Assembly: GCF_025526975.1 (NCBI RefSeq)
Contig: NW_026515680.1
Coordinates: 248,001-312,000, forward strand
DNA length: 64,000 nt
Source: Fimicolochytrium jonesii
Lineage: Eukaryota
Reading direction: 5' to 3'
The translations under genes and the position numbers were made by a program. This document shows positions 23,270-36,388 of the stretch, piece after piece. The notes under the pieces were generated by a model, which saw only the letters and a program-made list of their open reading frames with translations, had not been told where the DNA came from and searched no databases. Every line of letters starts with the position of its first letter. Within the stretch, counting starts at the first letter, position 1.

Positions 23270-24608
23270 CGTTTTTGTTGGTGTTGGTGTTGCAGTGGTT
23301 GGATGTTGTGGTTGTCGTGGGAATGTTGGGAGCGTGATATATAGAGATCGAAATGGGGACGGTACTGAGCACGGCAGCAGCTTCTTTTTATCCAAATCCG
23401 GTCGAGAATGGACAGGGTTATCTGCGGCCCGTTGCGATGCGGGGCACAGACCTCACCGCATCGCAACGTTCAAATTGCAATAGAATCCATACACCTTCCC
23501 GGATCCTGCAGCATGCCTGATGTCCAGAGTCCCCGCATGGTAGATGAAACAGCAACACAAAGATGAGCTGTTCCGGTGCAGCGTCCTGATGTTTGTTTTC
23601 ATTTCACCTCCTTTTCTGATGGATGCGCCGTGGACGGTGGATGTCATCAATGTGATGGTTATGCGCAATTAGAGAAAAAAACGCTTGCCTCTGCACGCTC
23701 CGTGACGCGTGCCGCAGTATGTTCTCTTCCAGAATTAAGAATTCTTGGTCGTCAATGTCCATTGTCCACGGAGGTTGGTTGTTTCAGACGCGTTCCGCAA
23801 AAGGGGCTGCTTGCTATTTTGACACCATTTCGACAGCCCGCGGGGATGCCTCGCTTTCTCACACACGGTATGGTGAGTCGGAAGGCGAACAACGCTTCCC
23901 TCAAACGCAGAGAAGCCTCTCTATGAACTACGAACTGTTAGAGGCAAAAGTCTCTCGCTTCCCGCTGATATCCGGCACTACCTGGCACTTCACGTTGCAT
24001 GCATTGGACCCTGCAAACGTTGCGTTCAGGAAACACCTCGATTCGGAAACCAAGTCTCACGTCTACACAAAAGGATAAGGATACTCGATGGCGAGCTTGC
24101 ATATACATCAAAGGCAGCGCAAGGAATATTCCTTTAGGTCCCGGAAGAATTTTGGGCCCGTGAGATTGGAAACCTCCATGAGTTCTCTCGGCGCGTACCC
24201 CGAGACCTCTGTGCATTAGGCGAGTCTAGGCCTGTCGTCAAGCAATACTGTATCAGGAGAGGGGGCAAAGATGTGTCGGAAACCTTAGAGGGGGTATGGC
24301 TCGATCACAGGGAATAGTTCTGCGTACAGGCAAAAGACCAAGTTTTGGAAATGCTACAGTCACGTGTGTGGCCACTACGCCGGTTTTATTACATTTTTCA
24401 CATTCATTTCTGAACCAAGTCTGCTTGTTTTCCCCAAGATCGCCTGGAAGATCGCGCCCCATCGACATCTACTCGTCATCGCCTGAGCTCCGGTCGTCGC
24501 CTGTCGAGATTCACAAAGGTGCTAGGGCTAGTGTCTACCCCGTCGAGATTGTTGAACGCTTGAGTTCAAAGCCTGTAACTATCGGCGTAACCCTTGTAAC
24601 TTGCCGAA

Positions 24609-25673
24609 ATGCCGCTGTACGAGAAGCTACTGGCGACGTTCAACAAAGCGCTCTCGACAAATGCAGTAACGTGGACAGAAACATCACTCCACTCGATACC
24701 CGTCCACTTTCCCACCACCAGTCCGACAGGGGTCACCGTTGACTTCCAAATACGCCTCGCTCCGCAACTCGCAAAGAAGCCAATAGCAAACCCTGCCGCT
24801 GCACCGCCTATCGATTCTTTGCCCAGTGTCGTTGTTGCGAAGGAGGGAGATGGGAGAGCCGGAGAGGTGAAAGTGCTACGCTCAAATCCGTTCCTGCCGT
24901 ATGATCCCCTGTTGAAAGTGAATACGGAGGAGCTATACTTGCCAAAACACAATTTGTTGTTGAACAAGTTCAGTATCGTAAAAGGACACGTGCTGCTGAC
25001 AACCAAGGACTTTGAGAGCCAGCTCTCTCCGCTGAATCGTGACGACTTTGCGGCCGTTCATTCCATTTTGCAGAGCCCAGCCATGCCGCGGTACATGTGC
25101 TTCTTCAACTGTGGAGCAAACTCAGGGGCAAGTCAACCACATAAGCACCTCCAGCTCCTTCCGGAATCGCCTGAGGATAAGGACATCGTCTTTCCTCCTA
25201 TCCACTCCGTCCTCTCGTACTTTCAGGAGGATCGCTCTCGAGGGTCAATAGGCACGCCAACTTCATTTCCCGCCTTCCCTTGTGCTCACAGCATTACCGT
25301 CCTTCCTCCTCTCCCTGCTTCGCCAGTAGATTGCGGGATCGTGCTGGAGCAAATCTACACCAACACGCTCACCAGCGCTTTCGCAAATGCGGGAATTGAA
25401 ATCGATACTGCGCTCACGCCTGACAGTAATGAAGGTGCCGATGCAGCTGTCGATCGACGAGCACAACCATCATATAACGTCGTTCTAACCAAGGAGCTGC
25501 TATTGATTGTACCGCGTAGAGCCGAGAAAGCTATTGGAGGATTGCTCAGCTTGAACTCCGTGGCATTTGCTGGAATGATGCTCGTCAAGTCGGAGGAAGG
25601 CTTGCGCAGAACCGTGGAAGTTGGACCAGTGGATGTTCTGCGGGCGGTGGGGTTCCCGATGGGAAGTAAATAG
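24609..25673 (+). CDS. APA2: Diadenosine tetraphosphate (Ap4A) phosphorylase / ATP adenylyltransferase, intronless
   Basis: NPFLPYD, LLLNKFSIVKGHVLL, FFNCGANSGASQPHKHLQ, SYNVVLT..LLIVPR, SLNSVAFAGMMLVK. Confidence 0.92.
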   Translation: MPLYEKLLATFNKALSTNAVTWTETSLHSIPVHFPTTSPTGVTVDFQIRLAPQLAKKPIANPAAAPPIDSLPSVVVAKEGDGRAGEVKVLRSNPFLPYDPLLKVNTEELYLPKHNLLLNKFSIVKGHVLLTTKDFESQLSPLNRDDFAAVHSILQSPAMPRYMCFFNCGANSGASQPHKHLQLLPESPEDKDIVFPPIHSVLSYFQEDRSRGSIGTPTSFPAFPCAHSITVLPPLPASPVDCGIVLEQIYTNTLTSAFANAGIEIDTALTPDSNEGADAAVDRRAQPSYNVVLTKELLLIVPRRAEKAIGGLLSLNSVAFAGMMLVKSEEGLRRTVEVGPVDVLRAVGFPMGSK

Positions 25674-25818
25674 AACGTCACCCGACCGAGCCGATGGGCC
25701 CAGTAGAATAGATAGATGTATATGGAAGATATCCTCACAATACTATCACTCTCCACACCACGCCACCGTGATCGCGGGAGACGGAGTCCACCTACGTAGG
25801 CTACATCATGATCTACGT

Positions 25819-28800
25819 CTACCCCTGCAAGAGCGTTTCACGCCGCAACACAGATAGGAAATGCATAAACAGTTTCTCTTCCTGTTCGTCAGCGGTCATG
25901 CCGATCATCCGTTTTCTTAAAGCTTCCCGCACGATACTGCCATAGACCGAGACCGCGGACGCAATTCTTGGCGAAGAGCGCGCGATGAGAGATAGAGGCT
26001 GGGATGTTGGGGATGCAAACTGGATCGTGCCATGCCGGTGCTGTGCAAGGAATGATTGGATTGATCAATTGAATGGAAATCATGCTTCTTCGAAAGGCGA
26101 TAAAACGTCCTTACCTGAGCTTCGACACCGATTCCACACAAACACCACGTCGCAAGACCGGAGACACGCGTCAGATCCCAGCAACTCAACACACTCCCCG
26201 CGTCCGAGCCGCGCACACCGTACGCCACACACCACCCTTCCTTCCCCAGCTCCTTCACCCTGTTTACGCCTAAAGCCTTCACCAACGGGCTGCTCTTATG
26301 CAATCTATACGGTAACGATTCCCCAGGAATGTGCACCGTGACCGGGGCCACGTCCACCTGTCCCAACGCAAGCGGCGGCGGGTCCATGACGAACAGACTT
26401 GGCCATGCGCCGCTCGCTAAAGCCGCGGCGACAATCTCTTCCTCGGCGGCGTTCTCGCTGTATGCGGCTTCGAGGAGCGCGAAGACGGCGTTCTTGCCTT
26501 CGCTTCTCTGCTGCTTGACGGCTTCGCTCGTGCGGTCGATGCTAATCACGTTGCAGTCCAAGAGAGCTTTGAGGAGTTGGCCGCGAAGCTCGTCTACGGC
26601 TACCATCACCTCCAAACTCAAGTCCCGGTTTTCGCACCATCGCCGGCGGATCCCCATCGGCCCGTTGACGGCGCGGTAGGCTTCGAAAGCCTTTGCGGTC
26701 ATCATCAGGTCGCTTAGACCCCATAAGAAGGGCCGCCAGACCTCTCCCGTGCTTCCGCTGAGGAACATGCTCTTGCCGCTGCTAATGGCGGCACAGATGG
26801 TGAGGACCGGGTCCAGGCATCGTAGAGCAACTGATGTGAGAAGCATTTTGCCTAAGCCGGTGTCGAGTGGGAGGTTGGACAGCTTCCGCCCCATCGGTGT
26901 TAGCTTTTCGTCGGATGTGAAAGCTTGTATCTGATAGTTTGTGCATGTCAATACTCGCACGCGCAATAGATCGCAAGCAACTCCAAGCACATTACCATCT
27001 TGAGTTTATTGACCGCCCTATCCACGTTTTTTTCCGGCGGCGCATCAACGCACCCATCCAGTACCTCCGCAACCGTCCCCTCAAATCCACACGTCCGGAC
27101 TCTCAAGCACACCTCCTCGAGCGGTACCCTCACCATCTCCGGCGGCCTATGATGGGCCACGCGGCCCCATTGGTCGCCGTCTACCAGATGCCAACACACG
27201 CCCTCCTGCACACGACCGGCACGTCCACGCCTCTGCAGCGCGTTCGCTCTACTGATCAGCACTTCCTTCAATTTCGTCAGGTTACGCTTTGTGTCAAGCT
27301 GTATTTCGCGAGCACGCATCGTGTCAATTACCACCGTCACATCGGGTATCGTGATTCCGGTTTCCGCGATGTTGGTGGAAAAGACGATTTTGCGTTGACC
27401 TGGCGGTGCTTTTTGAAACACCTTGGCTTGGTCTTTTGTACCCATGCTACTGTGTAAACCTAGCGTCCACATGTCTTTCACACCAGCAAGCCGGTCCATC
27501 ATAATTTTGATCTCCGCGATTCCCGGGAGGAAGACCAGGATGCTCCCGTGGTCCTGTACGCTGCGCTCCTGGTCTTGTTGACAAATGTGGGTGATGAGCT
27601 GCTCGAGAAGGTCGAAATTGGTTCGCCGCCTGTCTAGGAGTGAGAGCGCGTGAAGGGTTTCAGGAGAATACGTCACATTCTTTGTCGGCGAGGATTGAGT
27701 GAGGTCTGGAGCAAAGTCCGACGCTTCTTCATCCTCATCATCATCGTCGTCCTCCACATCCGTAGGCCCTGGGCGACTGGCCATTTTGATGGTGGCATTC
27801 TGCTGCGTTGGCGCCTGATTCCTTATCGCAGCTTCGTCATATTGCAGTCGAACAGTGTGCTTTGAGCCGCCTTTGCCGGAAATGGTCACGGACCCCACAT
27901 CCTTCGTCTTCTCCCGCAGCCCGTTCTCCACGACAAAGCCGGTGGCTTCGATCGCATCTTCCAAAAAGAATGCTTGAACTGGGAAGGTTCGCCCCGGTAC
28001 GTGGAGACAAGGGACATGGCCGACGCCTGGTATCCGTTCAAAATACGACGAAAACCTATCCGCATCTCCCGTCGCCGACATAAGAATGATGCGCAGATCG
28101 CTTCTGATTGCCAGCAGCCGCTTCAAGATGAGAATCAGGAAATCCGAGTCCAAACTTCGTTCGTGAACCTCATCTAGCACCACATGCGTGACGTGCTGCA
28201 GGCGTTTGTCACCCTCGAGGCGTTTCATCAGAATACCGAGTGTGCAGAAGGTGAGCATGGTTTGCTTTCCGACCCGATTCTCCAACCGAACTTGGTACCC
28301 GACCCAAGAATCGTTCCCGCCCACTCGACCAGGCACGTCGCCCATTTCTTCTGACACACGCGATGCAATTGAGATGGCAGAGATCCGCCGAGGCTGGGTG
28401 CACACAACGCGACATTTGGCGTCGCCGTTCGCAATGGCGTCTTCTACCAGGAACTGAGGTATTTGCGTGCTCTTTCCGCTCCCCGTCTCCCCAGACACAA
28501 CTACCACGCGGTGTTTGCTGATAACTTCGAGGATCTCGCGTTTCATTTGGTGAACTGGCAGACTCATTCGTTGCGCTTGCAGCTTCTTGTAAGCGGCCAT
28601 CGAAGTCCGTTGTTGCATCTTCTTCTTGTTCTGTTGGGGGTCCAGCTGTGTGTACATGTGGTCGCTCTGTGCTGCCTTTTCGATTTCTTCCTGTGCACCC
28701 GCCTGCGAAGCTTGCCGCTTCTCGAGATACCTCTTCGCACGGGCTTCGCGGAACTCGACGAATCTTCGTATAAAGTTCAGCCGCCGATCATCGCTGGCGT

Positions 28801-30869
28801 TGACCTGCGTTTTTGCAGCGTTCTCAATGGCATCCACCCACTCCTTCCACAGGTCTCGGTAAGGGGGAGGAAAGTTGCGGTGTAGGGACAACCCCGCTGC
28901 CAAAGTGTAAAGCGCTTTTGTTGCAGCGTACTCCTCGCCCTCTCGGACATTCTGGCAACGGTCATTGGCGTCCATTTCGAACCGGGTCTTCTCGTTCACA
29001 GCCTTGCCTGTCGCCCCAGGGAACTTTACACCGACTCGAAAGCCGTAGCGATCTTCTTTGATGACGTTGTACCTGACTTTAGCCCCTTTGATGTTCTTAG
29101 CGATCCACTGTTGGAGATACTGCCGTGGCGTTTTGCCCGTCCAGTTGTTGATGGACAGGTCTAGCACTCGCGGAGGCGCTTTAGCGTTGAATTTGATCTC
29201 TCCTTCTTCCGATTTCGTCTCGGTTTCGTCGAAGAGCTTGCTCAGCAAGTCCATGTCGTCCTCCGCGTCCACACTCGGAGTAGGTGGGGCAGCTTTCTCC
29301 GGCGGAGCCTTCTCAGCAGGCTTCTTCTCGACGGGCCCTTTGGCCCGCACGGCCTGATCAATAAGCTTTCGTGCATGTCCAAAATCAAACTTCTTCTCGC
29401 TTTGCGCCAGCGCCATGTCCTGTTTGGCCGTCCGCATCGCTGTTTCGTAATGTCGTTGCTGCTCTTTGTCGTTGCGGGCCTTTGCATCCGCGGCGAGTTG
29501 GCGATATTCCTCGCTGTCCATATACGACTTGGCGTACAGCTCGGAGGGTGAGAGTCTGACCGTTTCTGGCTGCGATTCGGCATCTGGCTCGTCGGGCTCC
29601 TACACAATCAATCTATGATAAGGGCAATGCTGGCAACCTCATATACCCAGTGCGTACGCCAACCTACATCCCACGTCCGCGCTTGTTTTAGGATCCAGGC
29701 CTTCATGTCCCTATCCTCGGGACTCTGGCGGTTGAAGCGTAAGCAGAATGCTCTCTACCCACGTTTCTATATGTCACTTACGGTCCACGTCTCCGCCGCA
29801 TCCACGAGATAGCTTTGTATAGCTTTCTTTTCCTCGGCTGTCGTTGGTTCTATCGGCGGGCATCTGATAGGAGGGGTCCGTGCTCTCGGCGGCGGGGCAA
29901 GGGGTTTAGGTTTAACAGCTGCTGCCCTAGCCAGCTTCACGGTAGTTTCTATCACACATGACTTAATATGATTTCTCCATTCCTCTTTGTTTGAAGTTGT
30001 TTTAATATACACACCTTCACCGAGTGCAGCGTTGTCTCTAAACGCTTCCGGGAGTTCTTCTAGCGGTACAGTAAGCGACAACTACATAATCATTGGAAAA
30101 ACGTCTGTCTAAATAGGCATTCGGGGATTGACGGGAAGGAAGGGCCATGATTCTCACCCAGTCAAAGATAGATGTCAGGTTCTGCCCTCCAGCAGCCTTC
30201 ATCGCCTTCTCAATGTTGTCCGGTGAAAAGCCGAGCTTCTCCAGCGTGAGGTATGTTATGAGCAGGCGGTTCTGTGATGTCTCCTCTTCCACTTCAGCCC
30301 CAAACCAGTCTGTCGATTCAAGAAGAAGTGACATAACGAATGGGAGTCCAGTTTTGTCAGGGAAGCGGTATATCGCAACCGAACCGCAAGTCGACTTATA
30401 ACGGCAGTTACACGGACAAAGACCCGAACTTACCAAACTTCGAAGCAAGTTGCTGCAATTGCACGGACTTCCATATCTGCGTCTGAGCGAGCTCACTCAG
30501 CTTCAACGTAGGTATGGAGGCGTCCTCGGCCACCGCTGCTCTCCTCTTCTCGTCCTTTCCATACTCCGTCTCCACTTTCAGCGCTGCCACACGAGAGCTC
30601 GCTTCACGTGCCAACTGCTCCTCCTGGTCCTCAGTCCCTGTTTGACCTCCCTTGCCTGGCCGCGTGGGAGTTCCCAGCTTCTTTGGCGGTTCTGGTGGGG
30701 GCTCCTTGCCTATGTTTTGCTTTAGTGGCTGTTTCTTCGCCACAATGCCGGGATCCGGCTCCGGCTTCTTGTTGTCGGCTGGGCCGGGCTTCTTTTGCGT
30801 GCTTGTGGTTGCGACGCCGCGGGTGATGCCCGCTGGTGCGGGTGCTGTCTTCTTCTTCTTCCCAACCAT
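25819..30869 (-). CDS. DEAH-box RNA helicase, DHX29/DHX57-like, with N-terminal UBA-like and dsRBD-like regions
   Basis: GETGSGKSTQIPQ, TQPRRISAISIA, DEVHER, MSAT, STNIAETGITI, QRRGRAGRV and HA2 motif LTPMGRKLSNLPLD. Last exon ends ...RRETLLQG-stop at 25819. Confidence 0.9.
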
Positions 30870-31033
30870 TGCTTTCGTGCTGGATACTCAAAAGAAGCTG
30901 GGCCAGTGAAACTCAATGCCCGCGTTTTGTGAGCACAGGTTGACATTGTTGAGCAGTGTTCTAAGTCGCACTCCGACGAGTCTCCTTTGCACCCACTGAA
31001 TCGGCCCATAACCCAGCAAAGTCCCACACAAAT

Positions 31034-31985
31034 ATGGCCAACCCATTAGCAGAATCCGCCCTCGTCGCCGCACGAGCCGCCGACAACTTCGTACCCGCCT
31101 ACTACAAAGTCTGTGATCGGCAACGACACCTGATGCACCAATTCTACAGGGAGATCTCCACGTTGCTTTGGAACGGGAACCCTGTGCCTGGGAGAGATTG
31201 CGGGGAGTTCTTTTTGAAGTTGCCTGCGACGGGTGAGTGGGGGCATGAGAGGATGTCAGGGACGGGGGAGAGGGGTTTTAGAGGAGGAGGGTGAATAGGG
31301 CGAGAGGCGGGGGTGGTGTTTCGCAGACGGTGACTGTTGGAGTTTTGGGTCAAGGATATGACCCCGACGACGACGATTTGAGTTGAGGCGGCGGAGATCG
31401 CTGCAAACAAATGGAGGGATCACGTTGGCCCAGCTGTATGGCATGCAAGGAGGATTGGGAACGCTAACGGAGAGAGCATCGGACCAAGTCAGCTTGGAGA
31501 ACGGCACATTCTCACCCTCTTTCTTCGCCAGATCACATCATTCACACATATGACGCTCAACCAGTTCTCGGTAAGTATCGCACGCAGTTGCGGCATCTGT
31601 GGCTTGCTTCCTCTTTACCCTGTTTGATCAACAATCTCCTCATCGTCTCTTCATCCCACCGCAGACCGGGGCCAAATCCTGGTCACAGTAAACGGTAAGC
31701 CAACCTCCCAATGGCTGTTTTCTACCGCTACGGCCGCCTCTGACATAGAATCGCTGATTCTAGGTACAGTCAAATATGGAGCGCACGCGCAAGCGCAAAC
31801 GAAAGCTTTCGCGCAAGTGTTTGTCCTGAGTCCAGATGTGACGAGTATCCAGAAGGGACAATGTAAGTGCCGGGGTTGGAGAAATGTTGAGATAGCATTC
31901 CCTCTCGGAATGTGGCACATTCGATTTTACTGATCTATGCCATACATCAGATTTCATCGGCTCCGATCATTTTCGGTTCACATGA
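31034..31985 (+). CDS. NXT1: NTF2-related export protein NXT1/p15, five exons
   Basis: AARAADNFVPAYY...LLWNGNP...LPATDHIIHTYDAQPV...ILVTVNGTVKY...FAQVFVL...YFIGSDHFRF. Confidence 0.9.
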
Positions 31986-32869
31986 CACCGACACTCTCCA
32001 CCGTTGCATCCCGTCTCGTCCCCCCGTCTTCGTCCTCTCACCCGCCGATCCCCACCGGAGCATCGCCTCTGCTCCTCGGAGCATATATGCACAACACAGG
32101 CCATCACAAACGTCAACCCAATCACATGTACATACCGCCCGTTTTCCATCATTTTTCGTTCCACATATGTAGTAACATTATGCAAATTGTTAGTCGGATA
32201 AAGAGGAGTGGTGTTCACCACTGAAGAAGATACGTGTATCCATATTCAAAGCATGAAACATTGACCTGGAAGTATGCGTATCGCGAAGAAATCGATTGAA
32301 GAATCCCCCGCATCTCAGCATCGCGACTTCCCCCGGTGGATATCGAGTCTGGGGATATTTCCTCAGTGTATACAATTGATGACGGAAATATCCCGGGCGA
32401 TCCAATATGGTGCGAATTGTAGTATCATTATTGACGTACAAGGATACAGGGGTCCGAGTCGAGGCGAATCCCGGCAAGGCATCTATCAATGAGGCCAAGA
32501 CCGTCCATTACGAATAATTGGTGACCCACGCACACACAAATATATTGCCCATCAAATTCGCCGGTATAGTTCCAAATGTGTCTTCGCCCCCCAAACCAAA
32601 ACAAAAACCAAAACAAAAAGGAAAAGGCGCAGAAAAGTCAATGTACCCGTCGCAGACAATATAGAGGCAAAGTGGCTAGATATTCCAAAAAAAAAAGTAG
32701 GTGAATGCGGCGATGTGTAGAAGAGCGCGAAGCTATGCAGGGCCAAGATAATGTCGTGCGGGGTTGTATGTATGAGGTCTGTATGTGCGTGTTTGAGTTC
32801 CGCGCGTGTAGAATGCCAGCGAAGGAGTTGGAGGAAACGTGACGCGGCCGTGCGGTGGGAAAGTCACAT

Positions 32870-35474
32870 TCAACGATTTCGGAAACAGCAGAAAAGCCGA
32901 CGCAATGTCGTTTGGAATTTAGCGGGTTTCTTAGGCGCGGTAGGCGGCGCCAAAGCACTTGCAGAAGCCGCCGTGATCGCCGAATTTTCCGCCGTCGCCG
33001 CATCTTCCGCAACGTTCGAAACCTCGACATGGTGGTCATCACTCGCGAAATCTTTTTTATCCTTCTCCGCATCAGGTCCCGTAACAGCCACAACAGCATC
33101 GGGTGCAGGCAGTCTCCCCAACGAAGCCGAATTACCCCTCAGCTCGGTAACAGCCGAATCCAAACGGTGTTGTGATCCTTTCCGGCTTGTGGGTGTTGAA
33201 GTGGGATTGGTATTGACAGTCGTATCGACGACGGTGGGGGAAGATTGCACGCGGACGGGGTTCTCGTCGAAATGGGCGTGACCGCGGAGATCGGCTTTCT
33301 TTTGAGCGTCGGTGCGGTATTCGCCGCGGAGGACCCAGGGGTGGTTCTGTGGGATTAAGGAGGGAGTGAGAGAGAATATGAGTGAGTAAGACTATGCATC
33401 ATATAATGGGTCAAAACGAGCAGACGCACCTTAATCTCACGCAAAGTAACCCTCTTCAACGGATTCTTCTGCAACATCTTCCCCAACAAATCCCTCATCT
33501 CCACAATCTCCTCCCACTCCTCGGTAGGCATAATATCGGGCGTCTCCGGGAACCTCAGCTCATCGCTCGATATCGCGTTATACAGTTCCCACTCGCGCGC
33601 GCCGCTGAAGGGGAGGAACCCGTGTTCCATCATGTAGAGGCTGACGCCGAGGGCCCAGATGTCGATTCCGCGGCCGATGGGCGGGCTGGAGGGGGTGCCG
33701 GGGCGGTAGAGGGGTTTTAGGTGTGGTAGGGGATTGTCGCTCATGTTGGGGGTCGAATGAGGATCTTCTTCATGTGAGGGGCGCCCGTTTGCTAGGCCGT
33801 TGCATTTATTGAGGGAACGTTTGCTGTTGTTGTGACGGTGACGGTTGTTGCTGTCGTTATCGGCATGTTCGTACGCCGATATCATCTCCGGGGCAAAGAA
33901 TGCGGGCGTGCCAACTGTAGTGGCAGCCAGTTCGGCCTCGTTCCTCCTGTCGAGATCAGAGGGGTTGCTGGTCTCTTGGTCGTCATCGTCGTCGTGGAGA
34001 GACGGAGGGCGCGGTGCGATCGCGGAGTGGGATTGTTCTGTGTACTCTGCCGCGTCGGACTTGTTGGGGGCGGTGCCTGGACCGTTACGAAGCTGTACGG
34101 CTGACCCAAAGTCGCCGAGCTTGTACTCGTTTTCGATGACGTTGCAGAGAACGTTCTGCGGTTTTATGTCCCGGTGGACAATACCTCTTGAGTGGACTGC
34201 GTGGGACAAAGGAGGGAATTCGGTTTGTGAGCAATTTGCATACCCAATGGTAGCACGTTGCATGCCCGTATGCATGCAGGAGAAGACACTTACGGTATTC
34301 AAGGCCACGCAGGATCTGGATGAATACGGTCCTGATGGGGATTTGATGGTATTTGGCGGCTTCATCCCAGGCTCCGTCTACCATCAGCTCCGTCACTGTC
34401 AGATGCGATGAAATAGGCGGAAAGTTAGCAACACACAGCGGACGCCTTCGAGCCATGGCATTCATCAAGAGCAAGGCCTCAACACATACCGAGGTAAATC
34501 TTATCCCTTTCGGGATCGTCGATGATCTCGTGGAGCTGGATCAAGTTTGGATGGTCCAGGGACTTGAATATCTCGATCTCCGCGTAGATCTTTTCCAGGT
34601 GGGGGTCGGACCCACCCGGCGCATTAAACCTCGGCAACGACTTTTGCCGGGGGGCCTTTTTCATGACCTTCATGGCCTGTTGGAATGAGGAGATGACCTT
34701 GATGAGACTGATGTGCGAGATTGGATGTTGTGGGTGAGGAAAGAAGAAGGATGTGCGATACTTACATAGGCAATGCCAGTCTCAACGTCGCGGACCTGTT
34801 TGACCTTGGAATGGAAGCCAGTCCCGATGATTCCCTCCGACTCATACTGGTTGTACCGCTGTATGAAAAAGTCGTGCATTAGATGGCGATAACGTGGTAA
34901 AATGATGAATGCGCCATCATCAAAAGTCGAAGTGCGAACAGCGGGTGGTCGGTGGGCAGAATCCATTGACCATCGAACATCAATCATCAACGAGATAAGT
35001 TGAAGTCGTGCGGCGAGGTTCCTTAAGAAAACCAGATCGCTCCCTGCGGTCGCAGCTCGCGTCGCTCACAAAATGTGGAACGCTCGCCGGCGCTCGCTAA
35101 GGAAGTCCTGAGGGGAGTATTGCGCCTCCGGCGCAATATGGGCACCTCCACTCGCGCTCGCCCGCCTCAAGCATCCCTGCACCTCGCTTCGCTCGCCGCA
35201 GTCCGGATTCCCTCGCTCTCGCTCACGTCGCCGTCGCTGCCGCTCGGTAGCTCACCTTCTTGAACCACGGCTCGTCGTCCTCCGTCTCTGCCTCTTGCTC
35301 GAGGAGCTCAACCACCAGTTTCCTGGTAACCTTCACCTTATGGCGTTTGTGGTCACCGTCCGAGCCCAACCCACCACTGCCACGGCGAGGAGCGCTCTGA
35401 GCAGGAGCACTGCGGGGCCGTTGCTGGTGCTGATGCTGGTAGTTGAGGAGGTTTGTGACGCTTGTATTGGTCAT
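32870..35474 (-). CDS. Ser/Thr protein kinase, CAMKK/Ssp1/Sak1-like, multi-exon
   Basis: GTGFHSKV, AMKVMKK, EIIDDPERDKIYL, HRDIKPQN, DFG, TVGTPAFFAPE, IDIWALGVSLY, KNPLKRVTL. C-terminus ends RLFCCFRNR. Confidence 0.9.
35051..35227 (-). repeat. Dispersed intronic element, copy A (kinase intron 1, 34859-35255)
   Basis: Reverse complement of 35156-35203 matches 36574-36621 at 42/48 nt. Hairpin TATTGCGCC-NNN-GGCGCAATA at 35118-35138. Confidence 0.8.
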
Positions 35475-36388
35475 GGTGGTCAGCAGGCTCGACGTGATAG
35501 TCGATCGAAGGAGGACTGAGCGTATTACGGCGATGATGAAGCCCAAAAGATGACTATAGTCGAGCGAGAGAAGTAAAGTTCCAAGGAGCAATGAAGAACT
35601 TTGCAAGTAACATGCTGCGGAATGGAGTGTAGTAGGAAGGGGGGGGTCTTATATCGGGAGCCCTGCACCCTCCCAGACCCGAGGTAGCAAGGGCGAGAGA
35701 GACGAGTCTGAGGGAGACGTCGACGAGATGTGGAATCCCCAAGCTTCAATGGGGCAAGGTTCTTTTTGGGGAGATTTTTTGACGTGAGCGTGGAGCGGAA
35801 GCGATTGACGGCAGTGACGGCGGAGGCGTTTTTGGTGTGACCTCAGCAGGCAATTAATTATGTGCCTCAACGTGGGACTTAATCCACGTTCCCACATAAA
35901 CAACGGAGGGCCTCGTCGTCGGAGACATGTAGGGGGTTAAGGGTTAGGAGCGTGTCATCGATCTTGCAGGAGAGACGAGAGAGATGGGAGGGCGATAATT
36001 CACACGCGATTTTGGCACATGCGAAAAAGACTTCTTTCCCGACTTGACGCTCACGTTCCCCTCCGGCGAAGGCTGTTCCGAGCCTTATGAAGCATCTGCA
36101 TCGTAGAAATTGCGCCTAGATTGTGTACATGTACTTAGTTACAGGAGGTAGAGCAAAAGAGCTAGCTGTACACCCAATACCCTCGCACTTTGTCCTCCGA
36201 ACGACATTCTCCAGCGAATCGGCTCTTGCGAACCGACATAGCCGACGTCAAATAGCTCAGTGGGAAAGAACTGGAACTACTTTACACGGCGATACAGCCA
36301 CGAAGGGCAGAAAAAAGCGAACCTGGGGTTGTGTGGAGACGCTGAGGGCCGACTTTGCCTACATAGTAACGCGGCCTGGCCGGACACC

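Noticed and set aside
23400..24600. 1.2-kb intergenic region with short ORFs
   Set aside because: No recognisable domain, terminal repeats or consistent splice pattern.
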